Notes under the pieces: model-generated
The model's input: the letters and a program-made list of their open reading frames with translations, nothing else
The model's database searches: none
Told to the model about the DNA's origin: nothing
From: Ministeria vibrans ATCC 50519
Lineage: Eukaryota > Protista > Filasterea
Length of the DNA stretch: 64,000 nucleotides
Assembly: GCA_943704425.1 (NCBI GenBank)
Contig: CALSCP010002292.1
Location: 24,345 to 88,344 of the forward strand
Direction: 5' to 3'
Part shown: in pieces, positions 51,001 through 64,000 of the stretch
Layout of the letters: each line of letters starts with the position of its first letter
Position numbering within the stretch: the first letter of the stretch is position 1
Translations under genes and position numbers: made by a program

Positions 51001-54000
51001 CAAGAAATGCTCACGGAGAAGTTGATATTTGCTCGCGCTCGCTTTGGTGCCTCGCTCCTTCACCTCACCACCGACTCGCGCGTCCTCACTACTCTCTTGC
51101 GCTCCGAGACATTCTCCCCACACATTGACCGTCTTCTTGCACTTGTCAACGCCCTTGGTCAATCACCCCTCGAAACAGCGCTTGCCGAACGTTACCCGCT
51201 CCTTGCGTTTGCCATTTTGCACACCCTCAACACTCGCAGTGAGCGTCTTGCTGCAACGCCAACCGACACACCAACATCAGTCTCATTGGCAACGTCCGCG
51301 CCCAACACCAACGATGCGCTTGCCATTGCTTTTATAATGCGCAATCGTCGCTCACGCTCCGCCACCAACACCATCGGGGTCGCCGCCAGCACACTGCCAG
51401 AAGTCGCTCCCCTTCCGTTCAGTTTGCTTAAGAGTGACATGTTGTCGGGTGCGACGACCAGCGTGTCCGAAACCGAGTCGCCCCAGCAAAGTGTCTCATT
51501 GACCGCTTGCTTTGACAAGGACCCGTCCACGTCTAAGTGGCTCCATGTCAACCACTCACTGCCCGTCAGTGACGGCTTCCACCTTTCATTTACCACGAGC
51601 GCCACTGTCCCCGAGAGCTCTGCTTCACTCAGCACTTGTTTTGTTGTACACCTGTGTCCCACCGAATGCCTCGCCATGTCTTCGCCGGCGCGTCCCAAGG
51701 CGCTCTCCTCCACCGACGACGCACACATCATTGCAGCTCAGTGCGGCATTCCAAACACACTGCGTCTTGTTGTTTTTGTGCCATGGTCTCCCTCTTACTC
51801 TCGCGTTCCGCATGTGTATCTGGTTTCGCACGATTCTGTCGTTGTCAAGCATGCCGTCGTCAACGCCGGCAATATTCTTTCCGGTGTTCTTGACTTTGAG
51901 GTGCGTTTCAATCCCTACGTTGGCACCGACTCATTCACAGTTGCTGCCAATGGTGTCGCAGTGTTTGCGGCATCCATCTCCTCGGACGTGATAGCCCCCA
52001 CCGCTCGCACTTGGCTCTCGTTTAATGTTTCCACCGTGCACATCGCTGCCCCATTCTCTCGCAGCGTTCGACCACCATTGCAGTTGTCGTCGTCCACAAA
52101 AACGACGTCAACGATAACGACGTCGACGAGCGAGCCAGACAAGACGTCGACAGCAGAGAAAGAGGCGGACGAAGACCAACTAGGCGGCAACGAGTGCCTT
52201 GCACGAATTGCAAATCTGTCTTTTCGACAGTTCTCGTCGGGAGGACTCGCTGCGCTCAAGTTCCATGCGGCTCTTCAGACGGGCGGTGACTTTGCTGCCA
52301 TCGACTTACGCCATGCTCCCCTTGACTGTGTGGTTCGTCTCGAGTCGCTCGCGCTCCTCTCGATGGCTACCCCTTCCGTAGAGTCGTCCATGTCCGCGTC
52401 ACCGCCCTCCAGCATCTCGGCGACGTCCGCCACCACCACGACCGCCGTCACCACCACCACCACCGCCGCCGCCGCCTCTTCCACCACGTCTTCTTCTTCT
52501 GCGCTTTCCTCTTTGCACCAACCGTCGTCAAGTCGGTTTGGTGGTGCACGCAAGTCCACGCGTGCCTTTGCCAAGGCGTCCACATCGGCTTCGTCCGCTT
52601 CGTTGACCTCCACCAACACATCGCCGAGTTCCTCGTCCACCGCCTCTGTGCCTCTTATGCGTTTCAGTCCCGCTCAGTTTGCCCTACCCGGCGCTGCGAA
52701 GCCTAATATGATTGTTTCCACGGGGACTACCGCTCCGGCAACGACCTTGGCGTCGTCGTCATCGTCACCACCGAAATCTCTCTTCAACTTCGGTTCCACT
52801 CTGTCCTCCAATTCGCCTCTTTCCTTTGCTTTTGGTGCTGCACCGTCCACAGCCATATCAGATGCGTCTTCCACTGCTTCTCTAACCTCTACCACGACTA
52901 TCGCCGACACCCCGAAAACAGGCGATTCTGAATTGTCCTTAGCGGCGGGAACCGAAGTCGGCCCACCACCTGTGCGTGTGCTGGCTCCGTCTGCGATGGA
53001 GTATGCGCCTCTACGCGCATACCTGGAGAGCACTCTTGCTCCCGATGCGCCCCTGACCTATTCGACACTGGTGCCGCTGCACATTGTTCTAGAAATTCTG
53101 ACTGATCCTACCTGCAATGGCGTGAAGTCGTTTCTCACATCGCCAAAGTTCCAAGTGTCCTCGTGGCGCGACACTCTTTTGCGTTGGCTCGAAATCCACC
53201 ACGACACAACCGAAAGCGCCTCACCATCCGACGGCAATCTTCTCGCACTGTATCCACGCGGCACACTTGTACCTTTCGGTGCCGTGGTTGGTGCTCGTTT
53301 TCTGGAGAAGGCTGTGGAAGAGATTGTCTACGAGCAGTTGTTTGAGCGCGTCGCGCGCTGTGCACCCGAGACATTCCTCGAACCACTCCCGTCGCTCAAG
53401 AACGTGTCGCTCTTTAACTATGCCATGCGTGTGGGCCGTACCGAAGTGGTCGAGCGCATCCTAACGACGCTGCGTGCCCACACCTCTGCCGCACACTTTC
53501 TCGTCAAGGTACTCGACACCATCTCTGCGCTCAATGGCAACACCATTCTGCACGCGCTCCTTCTTAATGCCGCCGAGCCTTTGAGTGCGATCGACACGCG
53601 TCTCATTTGCTTTTGCCTGCGCGAACGACCTGCGATGTTGTTGGTTGCCAACCACGACGGCGACACGCCGTTGTATGCGCTCCTGCGCGCCGGTCGGCTT
53701 GGCATGGTAGACCACTTGCTGACTCTCCTGTCGAGCGACGAGTCACTGCGCCACATTGTGGCATGGCCACAGCTGCTCGAAGGCAGCGCCAAGTACGTTG
53801 GTGGACTCACTCTGTTGCACATTCTTGGTGTCGTAGCAAGCCAGGCGGGCGTCGGCTGGGAGCGGGATTTTGTTTCCGACAACAAAGCACGTCGTCTCAC
53901 GATTACTACACGTCTCGCTCTGCTTGGAATGTGTTCGGGCGAGTCCCACATGCGGCCCATCTCCGAGGCGTTTGGCTGCAGCGACTGCTCGTGTCTTGTT

Positions 54001-57000
54001 TGTGCCGTTTGTGCACTTCAGTGTCACAGCAATCATCGTCTGACCGCCGTTGAGGTGCCTCCGGCAAGTGATGCGAAGTCGGTGTCGTGTGCCTGCAGCA
54101 CTGCACATCCTGCGACCGCCATGCCTGCAAGAAATACAGCCGACACCACCACCTCCTCTACCAATGCTGAAGGAGCAGACACTGCTTCCTCCTCCTCCAC
54201 CACTCCCGCGACTTTCATACCTTCCGCGCACACCTGCCGCTGTTCGTTTGCATACGGCAGCATCACTTCCACAAGCCTGGTGCGCGTGCCAACAACGAGC
54301 AGTGCGGACACGACCACGACGACAAAGAAGACGACGCCTGCCGCTCTCCTCAAGTTGTCCTCGCTCTCTCCACAACTCTCGGCTACCATTGTGCGCAAAG
54401 TGTGTCGCCTCGTCCTTGAACATGCTCCGCACCTGTTCCTCGAGTGTGACTCACCACGTCGAGCCACACCTCTGTATTTTGCCGTTGTGTGCGGTGCATT
54501 TGATTCGGTGGCGCTGCCCATGCTCGATGTGCTCTCGAGCGATCTCTCACAAGAAGGTGCATCATTGCTCAAGCGCCTCTTGTCCATGACCGACGTGCGT
54601 GGCAACACGGTTGCTCACTACCTTGCAGTGTCGGCGACGCCTCTCGCATCTAAGCTGCTCTGTCGCATTCTTGCACACCTTCCCTCGCTGGTTTCAACCG
54701 TCAGCGACACGGGTCTCACTCTGCTGGCTCTGTGTATACACCACACTGGCGCAGCATCGATTCCCTTGCCCAATCTTCTCGACATGGATAGCGCAACGGT
54801 GTCGAGTGGTACCACTGCCACAGCTAATGAGAATGGGGCCCACGCAGATATACAGACGGATGTTCACGAGCTGTTGTGCTCGTGGAACAGCGTTGCGGCC
54901 ACCGTATCGATGGGTCGCTCCTGGAAGTCGTGCGACCAGCTCGACGCTTTTGTGCATCGCCTCTTGTCCGACCGCGAGGCAGTACCTTTGTGTGCTTGGG
55001 TATTTCACACACTGTTTGAGGCAGCGCAGCTCGTGCGCCAGTCGTCGGAGTCCACCACATACAACATGATGACTGAGTACATTGATGAGACACACCACGT
55101 TTTGCGACGCTTTGTGCGCTCCGTTTGCCGCATCTACCTGATGTGTTGCGACGCGGTTGACGCGCGGCGACAGTCTGCCGAGGTGCGTTTCCGTCTGGAG
55201 GCCATTCGCGACTCGTGCTATCTGGTGATGCGAGTGCTTCCGCTCGAATCTGTCGAATACTTTATGGTCTCTTCGTCAGCGGTGCTCGAGCCTGTGATGC
55301 GTGGACATGCCGGTCTTATTGCGCCGTACCAGATGAAGACAGCGCTCAATCTCATGCACACGTCGCCCCTCGTTGGACTTGTTGTGAAACATCAGGTCGA
55401 GCACGCCGCGACTCTAGGCGAGTGGGACGAAGCACGTCTCTCTCAAACAAACAACAACAACAACAACAACAGCGATGACGGGGGAAATGGTCAGGTGGAC
55501 GCGACAAGCGAACTCGCGCGTGGCTTTGCACACTGTACCAAGATGGCCGTGTGTCTCGCGCGTGAGAGTGTGAACGCTTCAAAGAATCTGGCGCGAGCCC
55601 TCGAGATGCTGGCGAAACCAAAGAAAGGCAGCAGTGCCAACAAGGGCAAGGGCAAGGGTTCGGCGTCGAGCAGCACGCAGTCTTTTCTTCGACGCCCTAT
55701 GCCAACGTCTGCTTCGTCTTCGCACTCTCGGACCGTAGTCAATGCCATGCAGCTTGGTGCCAACACGGGCGCCAGTCCCTTCAACGACGATTCTTCTTCA
55801 AACGCAGCCGCTTCCACTGTCGCCACCATGCCACCATTTAGTCCGCCCGACTTTTCCGAAGATACGTCCGTCTTGGAACTCTATACATCCTTGCCGTTGC
55901 CGGAGTCGGAGTCGTCGTTGTCACCCTCGTCATCGCTTCCAGCAGGGAGCGCCTCGCCCGTCACTGCCTCCCACAACACATTACCATCATTGTCGTCGCT
56001 CGCGGTGCAACAGGCCTGTGTGCGGGCCATCAGCGAGAATCTAGCAGGTCCCTTTCATTGGCTCTGTCTCAATATGGACTCGATTGAACGCCGTCTGCGC
56101 CTGCAGGTCTCTCATCCCCTGGGAACCCTGTCGCAGACTCTCACCTCGACGGTTTACATGTTGTATTTGATGCGCGAGCGGAGTGCCGAAGATTTCGGCA
56201 TGTTTCAGACGGTGAACATGAAGGGCGCGACACACATTGCGCTTGTGCTCGACACCGTCTTTTATGCGCTGCAGGCCTTTCCAACACTGACGCTGCCCGA
56301 CATCTTTGGCACCCCGTCTGTCAAGTTGTCTCATTCGACAATACAACAGCGCACTTCAACGACCACAGCAGGTCGCGAAGGGCGCTTGCTGCATCGTCAG
56401 GCGGGTGTACACGATGGTGACAGCACGCCAGCGATGACTCCACAGCCCACGCCCGCCTCACCGTCAACCTCATCGAGTGGTCGTCATGCGCCGAGCCGCT
56501 ATGATTCCTTCTATCACCGCAGCGAAAGTATCGCGAGCTCGTCAAGTGCTGGTGGGAGAGCAGCAGATGGCGGCGCAACTGCAGCATCGGCGACGTCGCC
56601 GTCGTCGGCGTCGGTGTTGCGTGTCAACGACGACATCGACGACGACCTGACCTTTCTTCACCCTGCATCGTACGAGGTGCCGCTTGCCGTGAATCCGTCG
56701 CTTCTCACCTATGCCTACATGTCCGCAACGAGTGCCTCTCCGACGCCCTTTTATACGTCGACCTCTGCCGCTGCGGCGTTCCCAGTGTCCTCGTCGGCGG
56801 CGGCACCGATTATCACCAGCCAGGCACGTCGTTCGCTCTTCTCGCGCACTTTTAGCGTTGGTCTGCCAACGCTGGTGGACGACGATGAACAGGCGGGTGC
56901 AAATGGACTGGCTGCCGATGGCGTCGTTATGGACGATGCGACGTCGTCAACGACGGTCGCGACTGCACTGCTCGCCGATCGTCTTGTTGCTCGCTGGGGC

Positions 57001-58137
57001 TTTACCATACCGCGTTTGGCGAACGCGACGTTTGTCTTGATGCAGCCCGAGACGTGTTCGTTCATTGGACGCTGGATTTCGTTCAAGGACAAACAGGAGG
57101 TGTTCAAGAAGACCATGTTGGAGATTGCGCAGCAGAACCAACTGGCGTTGACCAACGTAATTCGCGAGCATGTCGTGCTCACGAGCATGGCTAACCTGCA
57201 CTTGGAGCAAGGAGGCGCGACGCTTGACGTGGGATTTGCAGACGAACGTGGCTATGGCAGTGGTGTGGTGCGCGGCTGGTACACTGCCGTGGCGCGGGGC
57301 CTCACCGAGTACGGACTAGACGAGGAGCGCGACACGCGCGGGCGCATCTCCGCGGCAGCCATCACGCCGCCGACGCTGATGAACAGCTCGGAGGGCAACA
57401 ACAATTTGAACCAGGTGAGAGCGTCGCGCTTCCGTGCGTCACGCTGGACGCCTCCCACAAGCGGCGTGGGCGCGGCTTCTGTGACACTCAACTTCATCGA
57501 GCTCAAAGGACAACTGCTGCACGAGCCCGGTGCGGCCGGTTATTTCTCTCCCTGCTATCACGCCGTGCTCGAGGAGAGTACCGTGTCGTCGCCCGCTCGC
57601 AACGCCTACGTGCGCGCCTACCGTTTTATTGGACAGTTCATCGGCCTGACTCTGGTGAATGACCATGTGGTCCCCCTGGCGCTCAACCGTCACGTTGTCA
57701 AGCTGCTGCTGGGCCGTCGGCTGCATTTCACCGACCTGGCCTTTTACAATACGGAGCGGTATGAGTCACTGCGCAAAATGCTGCTCATGAGTGAGGAGGA
57801 GCTTGAGGCTCTCGACATGTCCTTTGTGGTGCCACGCGGGGCACACGAAGGTGCTACCGAGGCTGTGCTGTGTGCGGGGGGTGAAGAGTTGCGCGTGACC
57901 ACCACCAACGTGTCTACGTACGTCAAGATGTCGGTGCGCTACCTGCTCGAGCGCAACACGCGCCATGCTCTGGAGGAGATCCGCACTGGCTTCCACCAGT
58001 GCGTTGCCGAGTCCGTCGCCTCCATGTTGACCCCCGAACAGTTCCACCTCATTCTCAGTGGCTCGGGTGCTGTCACCTACGCCGATCTTTCACCATGTCT
58101 GTGCTTTGGCGGTGATAAATTGACACCAGGACGAGAG
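48071..58137 (+). CDS. UBR5: UBR5/EDD-like giant HECT E3 ubiquitin ligase; 3'-truncated at gap before the catalytic Cys
   Basis: RCC1-like repeat (LALTASGVAYTWG) and UBR-box-like Cys cluster. UBR5-like blocks are LDAFVHRLL, RRFVRSVCR, MDSIERRLR, YMLYLMR and FYHRSES. HECT motifs are FADERGYGSGVVRGWY and LNRHVVKLLLGR..DLAFY..YESLR. Short exon 1 from ATG 48071, then a ~9.9-kb exon. Confidence 0.85.
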
Positions 58138-58168
58138 GTATAATATTTGTGTAGTTTTTTTTTTTTTT

Positions 58169-58280
58169 NNNNNNNNNNNNNNNNNNNNNNNNNNNNNNNN
58201 NNNNNNNNNNNNNNNNNNNNNNNNNNNNNNNNNNNNNNNNNNNNNNNNNNNNNNNNNNNNNNNNNNNNNNNNNNNNNNNN
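58169..58280. other. Assembly gap truncating the UBR5-like gene
   Basis: N characters. Confidence 1.
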
Positions 58281-58378
58281 NAAAAAAAAAAAAAAAAAAA
58301 AAAGAAAAAAAAACAAGAAAAAAAAAAGTTAAAAACAGTGAAAACCAAAACAAGAGACACGCGCAAGGGAGAAGAAGC

Positions 58379-63219
<4,841 letters not shown>

Positions 63220-63520
63220 CGCGAATGCCCTCGAGATCAAAAGGTTCAAACGGCTGGCACCCTCAACAGCAATACGAGTAGGAGAGACGATAAATTCAGT
63301 GAATTGTGAAATGTCGAAATTCGAAAATTGAAATTGATGATCGAAGGGCAAACAATTATTAACAAAACGTTTGAGATTTTATTTATTCAAAATTCAAAAA
63401 TCTTAAATCTGATTATCAAATATCAGAACAATTTCATACACTACTGCGGAACACACATCCACCAGTTAGTTCTCAGAGCCTTTTCCAACTCACCCATACA
63501 CTTACAGACATCTCAACAAA

Positions 63521-63523
63521 ATG
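63521..63523 (+). other. Possible ATG-only first coding exon of a gene divergent from SERCA
   Basis: CAACAAAATG followed by the donor GTATGT and a pyrimidine-rich intron-like sequence; no downstream coding exon recognised in the window. Confidence 0.35.
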
Positions 63524-64000
63524 GTATGTGCTTTCTTCTCTCTGTCTCTCTCTCTCCCTGTTTCTCTCTTGCCCTCCCCCTTGCTTTTTGTTCGCTGTAC
63601 TTTCGTGTGTGTCTGTGTGCGGGTGTATGCCACCGTGATCCCTACTGGTATTTTTTTTGCTTTTTCATTGGAGTCGTTTCTTTTTTTTTTGAAACGCTCG
63701 TTGGCGAATGGATTGCTTAAATGCGCCACTGAGGAGGCAAGGCGACTGCTTTGAGTATACATGCGATGTTGGCGCGAACGTGCGAGCACAGGCGACGCTT
63801 GGGGACCGTTTGGACCTTCAGCGAGGTTTCAAAAAAAGCCATCTTTCGCGTGGTGACCCAACGCGCCTTGCTTGTCGCCCCTGCTGTCTGTGGATGCAGA
63901 CCCCGTGAGAATACCCTTCACTGAGGGCATCAGGGGGTCCTTCAAGAGCCCTTGAACAGCCTCGATGGATGTTCAGTTTTTTTTTTTTTTTTTTTTTTTT

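Overview
Gene-dense, intron-rich eukaryotic nuclear DNA from a draft assembly with 4 N-gaps. Exons are GC-rich. The short GT-AG introns are loaded with (CT)n, (GT)n, (AAT)n and poly-A/T tracts. The gene set suggests a flagellated unicellular opisthokont, probably a holozoan (inference). About 20 protein genes were reconstructed by hand: a NOSIC/amidohydrolase fusion, an ASK-type MAP3K N-terminus, FIS1, COQ8, CtIP/Sae2, a Cys-rich receptor with an M6PR/ATG27-like tail, NOC4, a PH-RhoGAP, TAF6, PUDP/HDHD1, UBA1, a KSR/RAF-like kinase, CCDC115, a CCHC zinc-knuckle protein, UNC-45, cysteinyl-tRNA synthetase, a VWA3-like protein, a UBR5-like HECT ligase and SERCA. Many are arranged as tight head-to-head pairs. 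The most striking pattern is that genes are interleaved or broken at intronic simple repeats. A complete in-frame ALDH7 exon sits inside a UBA1 intron. UNC-45 exon 1 is 10.8 kb from exon 2, with three other genes between them. NOC4/RhoGAP, UNC-45/zinc-knuckle and ASK/amidohydrolase each break off at a repeat tract. This is either repeat-driven exon shuffling or, at least as plausibly, mis-assembly, and it needs long reads to decide. Other leads are a dispersed intronic motif (CTCTATCACTTTGTT, about 30 copies), a Nop56/58-like domain fused to a membrane amidohydrolase, a KSR/RAF hybrid kinase, and a UBR5 with lectin-like, ankyrin, C2H2 and FG-like insertions. No tRNA, rRNA, CRISPR array or transposase was recognised. 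All family assignments come from motifs recognised by eye, not from database searches.
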